From a virus (lineage: Duplodnaviria > Caudoviricetes), in the IMG/VR virus record IMGVR_UViG_3300025575_000025, positions 1 through 42,780 of that record: a stretch of 42,780 bases of DNA. The stretch is one strand, 5' to 3'. The position numbers and the translations under genes are program-made. The notes under the pieces are model-generated. The model made no database searches, was not told the DNA's origin, and saw only the letters and a program-made list of their open reading frames with translations. Each line of letters begins with the position of its first letter. The first letter of the stretch is position 1. Below are positions 1 through 10,069 of this stretch, one piece after another.

Positions 1-937
1 TATCATTGATTGTAATTTGATTAATATGATCAATCTCATTGTCCTCTAATTTAGGTGTATCGAGAGGAGGGGTTGTCATTGACTCTACTTTATTAAGTTT
101 TAATGTAAAATTTAAAATATGCATAATTGTCTTATCAACAATATCTTGAGTGATTCCTCTTATTTTTCGGTAATGTTCCCAAGGAGGAATAAACCCATCT
201 TTTTCAACTTCTGCATAAATAGTAGAGAAGTTACGGATACCACCAGTTTTATCCGCATCTGTTTTATCCATTGCTCTAAATTTAGAATCTGCCATATACT
301 TAGAGAATAGGTTCCCTAATTTTGTTGCCTCATCATAATTTCCTTCTTCAAGTTCTTTATCCATTTTTAAAGAAATTATAGCTAACTTTTTTAGATATAC
401 CCTATCTTGTTCTGTCTCAATATTATTAGAAATCTCCATATCTTTATAGAAACTTTCTAACTTAGCATAGTCTTCTCTTGGATGGTTTCCCCAACGGACT
501 ATAGTTTCTTCTGTAACTTCAAAGTTAGAGGTTGTACTTACATATTGAACCATATTGTTTTTTACTGGGTTAATACTATCTGGCTCAAACTTGCTATCTT
601 TCCAAGTTCCTTTTTTAAATTCATTAATTTTGGAGTTTGCCATTGTGATATATCTACTCCAAGGGTCATCTGGATTATTTTCTTTAGCATTTCTCCAATA
701 TGAATAGATAAAAGGAACATCGAGCAATTGTAGTATTTTATAAACAGTTTCTATTTTACTGTAATCAAGCATTGACTTGACACAAGTTTTACAAATGTTT
801 AATTTCCCATCTACAGAAAGTACAGAGTTGGTATTATAAAACGCTGAAAATACTAACTCTTTATGACAATTATCACATTCCTTTTTTGGTCTTGGTGCTT
901 GTGGGTTAGTGCTTTTATTTTTTCTTTGCACTACCAT
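1..937 (-). CDS. YonG-like phage protein with N-terminal Cys4 zinc finger (partial, runs off window edge)
   Basis: Not in ORF track. RBS AGGAGTG then ATG at 937; MVVQRKNKSTNPQAPRPKKECDNCHKE...KLNICKTCV; same frame reads open at the window edge (...DHINQITIND). Confidence 0.75.
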   Translation of the reverse strand, partial: MVVQRKNKSTNPQAPRPKKECDNCHKELVFSAFYNTNSVLSVDGKLNICKTCVKSMLDYSKIETVYKILQLLDVPFIYSYWRNAKENNPDDPWSRYITMANSKINEFKKGTWKDSKFEPDSINPVKNNMVQYVSTTSNFEVTEETIVRWGNHPREDYAKLESFYKDMEISNNIETEQDRVYLKKLAIISLKMDKELEEGNYDEATKLGNLFSKYMADSKFRAMDKTDADKTGGIRNFSTIYAEVEKDGFIPPWEHYRKIRGITQDIVDKTIMHILNFTLKLNKVESMTTPPLDTPKLEDNEIDHINQITIND

Positions 938-979
938 ATATTTCACTCCTTTAAATTCCTATGTTTATAGACATAATTA

Positions 980-1010
980 AATCCTCTATCTTATTTTGAT
1001 AGAGGATTTT
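980..1010 (-). terminator. hairpin, putative intrinsic terminator or processing site
   Basis: AATCCTCTATC-loop-GATAGAGGATT inverted repeat between genes. Confidence 0.5.
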
Positions 1011-1038
1011 AAACACCTACAAAACTTATATTACATTT

Positions 1039-1281
1039 CTAAATCTTTATTGTATTAATCTTTACAAACCAAGGAATAGTAATAACTTTTGCATCATTAT
1101 CCAAGGCTTTTACAATATGGTCATGGATTTCTGCAATCCTTCGCATATTAACATTGATTTTATGATCATCTCCAACAGAAACAATAACTTTAATCCTATC
1201 AGAATTTTCATCAATCTTAATAATGCTACTTTTTATAATCTCTTTGTCGCTATTTTCTGTTTGAACCTCAATTTCTTTCAT
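1039..1281 (-). CDS. hypothetical phage protein
   Basis: 80 aa ORF, RBS AAGGAGGT upstream, co-oriented with operon. Confidence 0.75.
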   Translation of the reverse strand: MKEIEVQTENSDKEIIKSSIIKIDENSDRIKVIVSVGDDHKINVNMRRIAEIHDHIVKALDNDAKVITIPWFVKINTIKI

Positions 1282-1314
1282 CGGGATTCAACCTCCTTTA
1301 AATTAAAGTTAAAA

Positions 1315-1905
1315 CTAAAATCTACCCATTTGCATCTTGCTATATTTTTCTATCTGGTCAATTAAATCTCTAGCATTAGTTGCATCAGTAATATTAACAG
1401 AATCAATATGAATGTTAGTGACGTTTTCTGACTGTTCTTTATCCATTTCTTCCATACCTAAATCCATCATACTTTCACCAAATTCAAGTAAAGCAGAACT
1501 AATACGACTAGGACAGCCACCACTTTCCATAATAATTTCAAATGCTTCTCCAACTAATTCATTAACTTTATCTTCTAAAGATATTTCTACTTCTTCGGTC
1601 TCATCCATCTCGCCACAACCATGACAACCTTCACGAGTACAGTCATCACATGCGTTATGTTCTTCATCCAATGATTCTTGCATCTCTATTTCACGTTGAC
1701 GAGTACAAACAATACAAGGACAAGGAATATAGTTTTCTTCTTGCTCTTGAATTTCTTCCCCATCATGAACTTCTTTTTCTAACTCAACACAATAAGTTTC
1801 CATAGTTACTGTTACTTCATCAATTGAGCATGTTTGAATCCACTTTTGTTCTGTTTTGTCCCATCCAGATGCTGATTTGAAGATACGCATATTTATATTA
1901 TCCAC
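1315..1905 (-). CDS. acidic Cys-rich hypothetical protein
   Basis: 196 aa, CPCIVC and CDDC..CHGC motifs, co-oriented with operon. Confidence 0.75.
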   Translation of the reverse strand: MDNINMRIFKSASGWDKTEQKWIQTCSIDEVTVTMETYCVELEKEVHDGEEIQEQEENYIPCPCIVCTRQREIEMQESLDEEHNACDDCTREGCHGCGEMDETEEVEISLEDKVNELVGEAFEIIMESGGCPSRISSALLEFGESMMDLGMEEMDKEQSENVTNIHIDSVNITDATNARDLIDQIEKYSKMQMGRF

Positions 1906-1957
1906 CTTTTATTATTTTATTTTAATATAATTATTTACAGTAAACCTAAAGAATCTA

Positions 1958-2542
1958 CTAAATTATTTCATCTATAAAACCGTATAGTTCTAAAGCTACA
2001 GGTGCAAGACAATATGTTTCATTCCTTCTAATCATTTTCAATTCGTCAGGAGTAATTTTAGTTCTCCTTAAAATCAAATCATCAAAAATCTTACCAACAT
2101 CATCTTTATAAAAAGCAATAATATCTTCTGCTTCAGCAACATTTGTATTCCCTAAACTAATAGAACCTTTATGCAGTAATAGAATGGAATTGGTATTTGC
2201 TGTTCTATATTTGCAAGCAAGAAGGAGATATAAACCTGCGCTAGCAGCAACAGACAAAACTCTTCCATGAATAGGAATCCTAGATTTTTCTATCACATCT
2301 ACTAAGTAAGCACATGCATCTGCTGATCCACCGTAAGACGAAATCCAAATGGTAATTGGTTTGAGTTTTTGAACTGGAATATCTTCTTCCAATTCATTCA
2401 TTAGAAGGATAGGCAGGGCAATAAGATCAATTGTAGATTCATCTATCTCTGTGTTTAGGTACAAGATGCGTTTTTCTTCCCAAAGTCTTTTATACATTTC
2501 TTCATATATTGTACTTGCTTTGAAATTGCTTAATAGACTCAT
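1958..2542 (-). CDS. ClpP-family serine protease
   Basis: RILYL..EID, ISSYGGS, AASAG (catalytic Ser), LLLH (catalytic His), GFIDEII C-terminus. Confidence 0.85.
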   Translation of the reverse strand: MSLLSNFKASTIYEEMYKRLWEEKRILYLNTEIDESTIDLIALPILLMNELEEDIPVQKLKPITIWISSYGGSADACAYLVDVIEKSRIPIHGRVLSVAASAGLYLLLACKYRTANTNSILLLHKGSISLGNTNVAEAEDIIAFYKDDVGKIFDDLILRRTKITPDELKMIRRNETYCLAPVALELYGFIDEII

Positions 2543-2570
2543 AAGTTAATCCTCACTCTATATTTAAATT

Positions 2571-3761
2571 TTATTTAAGTTTACAATCATATGCACACAA
2601 GAATCCTGATTCTCCAACAATAGTAACTGTTTGACTAGTTTCTCCTGCATAACGATGATTTGTACAATATTCATCATGTGTTACCCAAACTCCACTAGTA
2701 ATAACCTTACATCTGTCAACAGTTAAGATTTCAAATGTATGCTTATGCCCTAGAAATATTAGTTTTGGCTTTTTATCTAATAATGCTAACATTTGAGAAG
2801 GAGCATTCTTTGCAAGTCCATAATCACCGTGATACAAACAACAATAATTACCTTTAACATAGAATTCAGAAATTGTATTATCCAAAATAGACTTCTCGAA
2901 TACTACATTCTTCAGATTGGCAGTTCTTAATTCCATAAACTCTAAAACAAAGTTCTCGTAACGATCTTTATTCTCTGATTTATCTTTAAGTTCATTATTA
3001 CGACTGTGATTACCCGTGACAAAATGAATAGTAACAAACTCAAAGTGATTGCTTAATTTTTCAATAAATTTAGATGCATATTCAGAGAATTTTTTAGTTT
3101 GCTCAACAACACCATATTGATTATTTCTAACAATAGTTTCATGGATTATTCCACTAATCGCATCGCCTGAAAAGCACAAATGACACTTGTTAATCTTTTC
3201 TTTTTTCTTAATATCTAAGATTTGCAAAGTGTAATCAGCTAATCTACGCAAAAACACATCTTCATTATATGTTTCAAATTCATTGTATACAGTTAGTCCA
3301 AAGTGAGGATCTGAGATTTGAATTACCATTTCATTTTCTTCACTATGTAAATGTTCTGGTTTAGTAAAAGTTAATGGTTTTAAATCCTTAATACTTTCCT
3401 TGATTAAATCATTTAAAGACTCTTTACGTGCAAGTACTCTAATGTCTTTATTCAAAGATGCTCTTAAATCTTGAAGTCTAATGCGTTCTTTTTTAAGATT
3501 CATTTCCTTCAAGTCTAAATCTGAGATTTTTTGATCAATGGCAGAATCTTTAATTATTTCTGGTGAAACTTCAACATTATCTATTACCATAACTACTTTT
3601 TGTTCCGGGGCAACATTTCCATTTAATGCTCTATATTTTTTAAATTTTGATCTAAGTGCTTCAGAGCTTACATATCCGTATTCTTGAGCCAATTCAGACC
3701 AACTATCAGTAATTTCTTTATTAAATTTTTTATAGCAAATATCTATTAGATTACTATTCAT
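2571..3761 (-). CDS. calcineurin-like metallophosphoesterase with N-terminal HTH/coiled coil (YonJ-like)
   Basis: ISDPHFG, SGDAISG, GNHSR, HGD and GHKH metallophosphoesterase motifs. Confidence 0.85.
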   Translation of the reverse strand: MNSNLIDICYKKFNKEITDSWSELAQEYGYVSSEALRSKFKKYRALNGNVAPEQKVVMVIDNVEVSPEIIKDSAIDQKISDLDLKEMNLKKERIRLQDLRASLNKDIRVLARKESLNDLIKESIKDLKPLTFTKPEHLHSEENEMVIQISDPHFGLTVYNEFETYNEDVFLRRLADYTLQILDIKKKEKINKCHLCFSGDAISGIIHETIVRNNQYGVVEQTKKFSEYASKFIEKLSNHFEFVTIHFVTGNHSRNNELKDKSENKDRYENFVLEFMELRTANLKNVVFEKSILDNTISEFYVKGNYCCLYHGDYGLAKNAPSQMLALLDKKPKLIFLGHKHTFEILTVDRCKVITSGVWVTHDEYCTNHRYAGETSQTVTIVGESGFLCAYDCKLK

Positions 3762-3830
3762 TCATAACCTCAATCAATATTTATTTTCGTTTATCAATTC
3801 TCCTAATCGACCAAGATAGGAGAGGGCGTA

Positions 3831-3959
3831 TTAAATTAATTCGTGGTATCCGCAATCTTCACAGCGAAGGAATGTTTTCTCATAATAGAATTTTAGGAAG
3901 TAACGTGGTTTTCCGCAACATGGGCAAGTAGTATCAGAATCAATATTCAATTTTTCCAT
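3831..3959 (-). CDS. 42-aa zinc-ribbon protein
   Basis: Below ORF-track cutoff; RBS AAGGAGG; MEKLNIDSDTTCPCCGKPRYFLKFYYEKTFLRCEDCGYHELI. Confidence 0.7.
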   Translation of the reverse strand: MEKLNIDSDTTCPCCGKPRYFLKFYYEKTFLRCEDCGYHELI

Positions 3960-4424
3960 AATAAAAAATCCTCCTTATTATAAAATAGGAGAGAGTAGGA
4001 ATTTAAAACTAGAACGTCCTCAAAGGATTTTAGTCCTTCGATTTTGTTATATGCAAAACTCATCCTACATAGTTTTTCTAATAATAATTTCTTTTTACTC
4101 ATCTGAGCCAAAAATAACTACCCATATGGGCAAAATTTACTTTAAAATGCAGTTTTTATCTAGGCTATCACTGCAAAACCTATTCAGTATGTTATATCCA
4201 TGAGAAATTATATGATTAACTTTACAGTCTCACACAATTTTTATTCTCATGTCGCAAGAGGATTACCCTCTTTAAGTCAAAAAATTAGTTGGACTTACAC
4301 TTTTTAATAATTAGTGCCACATCGAATATTAAAACTGCCAACTAAAAATAGAGAGGAGGGAGAAAAATATAAGAAAGGAGGGAGAAGAATCAATAATAAT
4401 AAGATTTATCCCTCCATGAAGTGA

Positions 4425-4637
4425 CTAGTCTTGTGTTTCCACGTCTTCAGTATCTTCTTCTGTAATAGTAATTTTTACTGAAGCACCTTCAAAATTCTTT
4501 GATAACTCATGCAAAGTTTTAATTCCTTCGTCACCAGCATCAATAGAAATAGTATTATCTTCATTTACAGTTAGAGTTCCCTCAACTGCAAGTTTATGAG
4601 TGACCTTTTTAGTTTCACTGACTTTAGATTTTGCCAT
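4425..4637 (-). CDS. YonK-like small phage protein
   Basis: 70 aa; pattern EGTL...L.ELSKNFEGASVKITITEE and position next to HU match SPbeta yonK. Confidence 0.65.
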   Translation of the reverse strand: MAKSKVSETKKVTHKLAVEGTLTVNEDNTISIDAGDEGIKTLHELSKNFEGASVKITITEEDTEDVETQD

Positions 4638-4671
4638 TTATAACTATTCCACCTTATTATTTATTTTTAAA

Positions 4672-4956
4672 TTACGCTTTAACCGCATCAGAGAATGTCT
4701 TACCAACTGAGAAAGATACCTTGTGAGAATCTTCTGAAGTCCAAGTTTCTCCTTTACGATCTCCAAATTGTATTGTGCCTGATGTACCTTTGGTTGGTTT
4801 CTTCTCGAAATTGCCAAAACCCACTAAAGAAACTTTTTCATCTGCTACAACTGTTTCTACAATTACTTCTAATGTTGCTTTTAATGAAATTTCTGTATCC
4901 TTTTTTGAGAAACCTGTTTTCTCTGCAATAGCGTTAATTAATTCTTGTCTCGTCAT
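4672..4956 (-). CDS. hup: HU-family DNA-binding protein (phage-encoded, YonN-like)
   Basis: MTRQELINAIAEKTGFSKKD...KVSLVGFGNF...VSFSVGKTFSDAVK. Confidence 0.93.
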   Translation of the reverse strand: MTRQELINAIAEKTGFSKKDTEISLKATLEVIVETVVADEKVSLVGFGNFEKKPTKGTSGTIQFGDRKGETWTSEDSHKVSFSVGKTFSDAVKA

Positions 4957-4995
4957 TATTATTTAAACTCCTTTTATTCCTGTTTATTTTATTTA

Positions 4996-6213
4996 TTACT
5001 TTTCAAACAACTCTGAGAATATACTTGATGCAGTACTACGCACATCTTGCTCTAAATAAATACATCCAAATTCATTAGTCCCTTTTAACTCATTACACAT
5101 TGCTACTAAAGCATTTCTTTCAGAATTATCTACACTAGACTGTTTATAGTCACCTGCAAAATATATTTTAGACTTATCTCCCAATCTTGTCCCAACAAGT
5201 TTTAATTGTTTCTTGGAAAGATCCTCAGATTCATCTACAACGATTACTGTTTCGTCATATGTAGTTCCTTTAAGGTAAAATGGAATATTGGATTCTAATA
5301 TACCACGAGACATAAGGACCTGTAATTCTTGCTCCCCGCCCTCTAATGATTGCACAATTGGTTTAAAGAACATTTCAGTTTTCTCTTCAAAAGTACCTTT
5401 AAGAAAACCTACTTCTTTACCTTCGCCTAATGCTTCTCTAATTGCTAGGAGTTTATTAAAGTCACCTTTATCTACTGTTTGATATAATCCCATTCGTACA
5501 CATAAAAATGTTTTTCCTGACCCAACTTTCCCATTTACACAAGCAATTGGAATATCCTTATTATTAAGAAGGTCAATAGCACATCTCTGAAGACTATTTT
5601 TACCTTTGATAACTTTAGAATCTGGTAATTTTAATCCTACAAATTTATTTCCATTAAATCTATACTCGTTAGTTTTCTTTTCATCTGAATTATACATAAT
5701 AAGATACTCGTTGATTACAAATTTATATTCATTGATTCCATTATCAATATCAGTAAATAGTTTATTTATAAAGGCGGTATCTCCATTCAATTTCTGATAT
5801 CCTTTATAAATAGAATTTGATTTCTCATTTCCATACTTCTGATAAGGAATATTAAGTGATTTGCATTTTTGCCTGAAAAGAATGTCATTACTATAAGCAA
5901 CAAAATCCTTATCATTTTTGCACATTTTATTAAATATGGATATAATTTTATTATCCATATTTTCTTTATCAAAATTAGATGGCAAATCAAAATTAGTTTC
6001 ATCAATTATGTAAGTAATCTTGTCTTCATTATCGTCCAAATATCTAGTTGCTACACGAGCTTCATATTTTACTTCCTCTGTTTTGCCTTCTTTTTTTAAG
6101 TGATCTAATTCTCCAGCAACAAACCCAGAAAGCCAAATATGATCAAATTCTTCAAACAGTTGTTTGGAATAACGCATGAATATATTTGAATCTATATATG
6201 GTTTAATTGACAC
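4996..6213 (-). CDS. phoH: PIN domain-PhoH ATPase fusion (PhoH2/YlaK-like)
   Basis: N-terminal PIN (IDSN, ELDHLK, DNKII, SNDILFR); Walker A GKVGSGKT, GFLKG, LKGTT, VDESED, TRLG, GDYKQ, VRS. Confidence 0.88.
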   Translation of the reverse strand: MSIKPYIDSNIFMRYSKQLFEEFDHIWLSGFVAGELDHLKKEGKTEEVKYEARVATRYLDDNEDKITYIIDETNFDLPSNFDKENMDNKIISIFNKMCKNDKDFVAYSNDILFRQKCKSLNIPYQKYGNEKSNSIYKGYQKLNGDTAFINKLFTDIDNGINEYKFVINEYLIMYNSDEKKTNEYRFNGNKFVGLKLPDSKVIKGKNSLQRCAIDLLNNKDIPIACVNGKVGSGKTFLCVRMGLYQTVDKGDFNKLLAIREALGEGKEVGFLKGTFEEKTEMFFKPIVQSLEGGEQELQVLMSRGILESNIPFYLKGTTYDETVIVVDESEDLSKKQLKLVGTRLGDKSKIYFAGDYKQSSVDNSERNALVAMCNELKGTNEFGCIYLEQDVRSTASSIFSELFEK

Positions 6214-6252
6214 TCATAAACCATTCCTCTACTCTTTATTTTATCTGCCATA

Positions 6253-6486
6253 CTACATGACTAAGTACTGTTGATTATGTTTGACTGTTTCTGGGTTAAC
6301 CTTAGTCTGAGATTCCATCCTTAGTAATTGATTGTAAATATTATCATTAATAAATCTAGTTTTTTCTTTACCTGAACCTTGTTTATTAACTACTACAAGT
6401 TGGTCTCCATAATTTCCCTGTTTTGAAAGTTTGAGAATGCCTTTTGAGATGAGAGTATCCATTTGAATCTTTGTTATCTTTTGCAA
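6253..6486 (-). CDS. hypothetical phage protein
   Basis: 77 aa, TTG start with AAAGGGG RBS; first gene after yonO. Confidence 0.65.
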   Translation of the reverse strand: MQKITKIQMDTLISKGILKLSKQGNYGDQLVVVNKQGSGKEKTRFINDNIYNQLLRMESQTKVNPETVKHNQQYLVM

Positions 6487-6763
6487 TTTTTATGTAATCC
6501 CCTTTGGAGTTTATTATTTATAAGTAATACGAAAAAATATAAATTGTGATCGACCACACAATTTAAAATAAATTTAAGGGCATAATTCTTTTTAATTACA
6601 CCCTTCTTAAAAAGGGTTGCATACCTCTTAAACTTTGTATATTAGACCATGTTCCCCCTTATAGGGTATTTATGGATATAAGCTACAACCTTAGTGTCAC
6701 AATGGTTGTAGCTATATTATTAAATTATTAATAAAAATCGGATACCCATAACCGTTGGTATGA

Positions 6764-9388
6764 CTACGTTGTAGCATTTTTCTGTTTACGAGAATTATTA
6801 TATCTAATCCGTTGAATTTGTCTATCTTTTTCCAATTTAATGGACTTCGCACAAGATAAGCAGTACTTTATATTGTTATTGGTTTGTTCAATTCTAGTTC
6901 CACAACTTTCACAAAGCATATTTCCGTCATTCAAACTCATTTTGATATTGCTCTTCATGTTCTCAACAACTACATCCCCAAAGCACTCCCAAAATGTAGT
7001 TTTAAAGTTAGATTTTTTATGTGCATACAGATATTCAATTAAAATATCCACAACATAATTTACGTCACCATTGATTTCTAGTATCTGACTTCTAATGTCC
7101 TTATACAAGTAAACCCTATTGCCAATCTCATCATCTGATATTTTATTAATCATAAAGTGATTTTTTAAATCTAATTCTGTATACTTTTTTATAATTACAT
7201 CATCTAATTCAGTTTTCTTCTTATTCATAAGCATTTTATAATTGAATTTACCTAGATTCATTGCATTAAAATTAATATTAGGGTTAGGAATCATTTTTTC
7301 AAGTTTATTCACTACACTATTGTTTACTTTTTCACATTTGTCTTTTTCTTTATCCTTGGCATACACAAAGAAGTGAGGAGTCTTTGATTTAGTATAACTA
7401 TTGATCAATGTTTTTTGTGCTTTTGGTCTTTCAGGTTTATATAGAGTTTTGGCAAAATCAATAGTAAAATTATTTTCCATACATAGAAGTTTAACTACAT
7501 CAAGATTAACATTTCCACTGTTCCATATCTTTGTGATGTTATTACTAACTGTTCCAATGTTCCCTCCTGTATATGCCGTTTTTAATCCATTATAGATACT
7601 ATGATTAGTAATCAATTCTGCATCTGCTTTTCTCATATTGTAGTACAAAGGAACAATACCCTCCATGTTACGCTCTGCAACTGAAATTGCTGTGTGGTCT
7701 GCCACTACCAAACTCTTATCGCCATCAACATCATACTGAAGAATCTTTGAGATTAAATCATGACAGGAAGCGTATAACCCCTTAGTAGTAAACCACTTAC
7801 CTTTTTCACTATCAATTACATTATTTCGGACAGCGTGTTCCAAAAAAAGATGAGGTGATCTTAGACAATCTAATTTAGGTTCATTTTTATATAGACTACA
7901 ATATACATCTCCATCTTTAATTAGTCCCTTTGGGTTTAAGTCTCCTAGTATCAAGTACTCACAAAATGCATATAAGTCTGGGATGATAAATGTATATTTC
8001 CCATTGATACCTAGTTTCCCAGCCCTTGCATTTTTAACCATACTCTTTTTAACTTGTTTCAATATTTCTCTACTATATGTATCATTTAATAATTCTGGAT
8101 AAATCTCTAATGCTTGTTGTATGTAATTTTTGTTTATATTTGATTCAGTGACACCTAGAACTTTAAGCATTGTTTTTCTATCTCTACCAATATTAATAAT
8201 ATTACTTTTAGTCTGAGAGCAGATGGTTTCTAATTCTTCATCCTCCATATCTGTCAATGTCTGAAGCATCTGATAGTTTATCTTAGCATTTTTAAATATA
8301 TCTTCTTCTTCATTGCACATTCCAGCATGACAGTTATACTTTATGTAATTACTTATGTATTGCTCCCAATCCTCAAAATACTTATACATCTTGAATTGGC
8401 TTTTAGTAAAAATTATCTCAATTCCTTCTTTTAAAAGATCATGTGGCTTACCGTATATATCATTAACTACACCATATTTATTTCCTTCACTATTCTTATT
8501 TGCTTCTCTGATAAACTTGTCAAAAGCAAATGGTGTCAACAACCCCTTCACCCAAGGTAGTCTAACCATCATACTTTTCTTACTTACTTTTGGTAAGTAA
8601 ATTCCACATCCATCAGTATGACTAATTGGAATATCCATTTCCTTTCTAATAATCTCATATGTTTCATCGTCTATAAAATCAACTGTACCTCTAACCATAG
8701 TTTCAAAATCCTCAACTACAATTGACTTCCTAATATCAAATCCTTCCCATATAGACGTTGCCGAATTACAGAGGGCTAGATAAGCTAGATACTTGTTAAC
8801 GTTGACTCCCCCTAATTTATTAATCTCCTTTATGGTCAGACCGCACATTAATGTATTTTGATATTTCAGTAAAACACTTTCTTTAATGAAGACTGTTTTC
8901 TTTGTTCTGATCTGACCAGCACTAGCAGTTAGACAAACATATTTATCTTCTCCATACATAAATCCATCTATAATAATATCCTCAATTACATCAAAGAAAA
9001 ATGTTTGTACAATTAGAATATCTGTAGTCAATGTATCCTCTGGAATTTGCATTGTACGAGTTAAGACAGAATCAAAGACTGAAATTATGTTGCGTTTATT
9101 TAAGGACTCTGGATGCAAATTCCTTATGTCAGTATTTTTATTAAATTCTATGTATAATTTATCTTTTAATTTTTTAAGCATTTTATTAGCATTACTGATG
9201 TGTTTTGTGTAATATTCACCTAAAATTTCATCTTTTCCCTTTAATTTATCTCTTTTTTTATGTAGGTTTTGCTTGTATCTGTATAGTCTTCCTAAGTATT
9301 TATGTATCCTTGATTCCTCTTTATTATAGAAGGAGGATGTATCTACAGAATAAATATGAATTTGCTTGTTTAAATTTATAGTAATCAA
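6764..9388 (-). CDS. yonO: YonO-like single-subunit DNA-dependent RNA polymerase (RdRP-like double-psi barrel family)
   Basis: 874 aa; IYSVDT N-terminus, TASAGQIRTKK, TDGCG, RLPWVKG, RSPHL, catalytic DVDGD, IDFAKT; C-terminal CESC...CLSC. Confidence 0.92.
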   Translation of the reverse strand: MITINLNKQIHIYSVDTSSFYNKEESRIHKYLGRLYRYKQNLHKKRDKLKGKDEILGEYYTKHISNANKMLKKLKDKLYIEFNKNTDIRNLHPESLNKRNIISVFDSVLTRTMQIPEDTLTTDILIVQTFFFDVIEDIIIDGFMYGEDKYVCLTASAGQIRTKKTVFIKESVLLKYQNTLMCGLTIKEINKLGGVNVNKYLAYLALCNSATSIWEGFDIRKSIVVEDFETMVRGTVDFIDDETYEIIRKEMDIPISHTDGCGIYLPKVSKKSMMVRLPWVKGLLTPFAFDKFIREANKNSEGNKYGVVNDIYGKPHDLLKEGIEIIFTKSQFKMYKYFEDWEQYISNYIKYNCHAGMCNEEEDIFKNAKINYQMLQTLTDMEDEELETICSQTKSNIINIGRDRKTMLKVLGVTESNINKNYIQQALEIYPELLNDTYSREILKQVKKSMVKNARAGKLGINGKYTFIIPDLYAFCEYLILGDLNPKGLIKDGDVYCSLYKNEPKLDCLRSPHLFLEHAVRNNVIDSEKGKWFTTKGLYASCHDLISKILQYDVDGDKSLVVADHTAISVAERNMEGIVPLYYNMRKADAELITNHSIYNGLKTAYTGGNIGTVSNNITKIWNSGNVNLDVVKLLCMENNFTIDFAKTLYKPERPKAQKTLINSYTKSKTPHFFVYAKDKEKDKCEKVNNSVVNKLEKMIPNPNINFNAMNLGKFNYKMLMNKKKTELDDVIIKKYTELDLKNHFMINKISDDEIGNRVYLYKDIRSQILEINGDVNYVVDILIEYLYAHKKSNFKTTFWECFGDVVVENMKSNIKMSLNDGNMLCESCGTRIEQTNNNIKYCLSCAKSIKLEKDRQIQRIRYNNSRKQKNATT

Positions 9389-9443
9389 ACTCCTTTATGT
9401 TATTATTAAATAATAGGGAAGGAGAGAAATACTCTCCGCATCC

Positions 9444-9878
9444 CTAACAATCCATTATTAAATCTTGAATCATATCATATAATTTATCTTTCTTAACTCC
9501 ATAAATTACATCACTTTTTTGACTAACCATTCCTTGAATCCATTCAAATACATTTCTAGAAACAAATTTACCGTCAATATAAAAAGGCTTACTACCTTTG
9601 TATTCAAAAACAGCTCCGATACTTTCTACTTGTTCACCATGTTTGATATTCTCATATTTATATTGATTAAATTTAACATCTACCCACAATTCACTTCTCA
9701 ATTGGTCTTTAAAGCATTTCATACCTTCGTCCATATATTCTTGATATTCAACTGTAACTTCTGTTTGTCTGGAAGCAATCATTCCTAACTTTTCTTCAAT
9801 AAATGCTTCTATTCTTTCAGTCAAATCGACTTCTATTCCGTCTAAATCCAATTCTGTAACAATAAAATTCTTATCCAT
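9444..9878 (-). CDS. hypothetical phage protein
   Basis: 144 aa with AAGGAAAG RBS. Confidence 0.75.
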   Translation of the reverse strand: MDKNFIVTELDLDGIEVDLTERIEAFIEEKLGMIASRQTEVTVEYQEYMDEGMKCFKDQLRSELWVDVKFNQYKYENIKHGEQVESIGAVFEYKGSKPFYIDGKFVSRNVFEWIQGMVSQKSDVIYGVKKDKLYDMIQDLIMDC

Positions 9879-9898
9879 AATTACTTTCCTTCTTTCTT

Positions 9899-10069
9899 CT
9901 AATATTCTTTACATTCAGATGTTTTTATTTTGTGATATTCAGCACATTCACAGCATAAATATTCATCAGTTTCAATATCAACTCTAATATCTTCTGTATT
10001 ATTAAATCCTTCACCACAGTATAAGCATTGTTCATTTATGTAATTTGTTTCGTTATTATTATGAAACAT
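9899..10069 (-). CDS. 56-aa zinc-finger protein
   Basis: Not in track; RBS GGAGGT; MFHNNNETNYINEQCLYCGEG...YLCCECAEYHKIKTSECKEY. Confidence 0.7.
   Translation of the reverse strand: MFHNNNETNYINEQCLYCGEGFNNTEDIRVDIETDEYLCCECAEYHKIKTSECKEY

Noticed and set aside
3960-4420. tRNA genes in the structured gap
   Set aside because: No T-loop GTTCRA or cloverleaf recognised on either strand
119-8600. Plus-strand track ORFs (119, 482, 1117, 1412, 4695, 4775, 5288, 5606, 5869, 6840, 7401, 8355) and minus-strand 5787..6005
   Set aside because: Antisense or off-frame shadows of well-supported minus-strand genes, without convincing RBS
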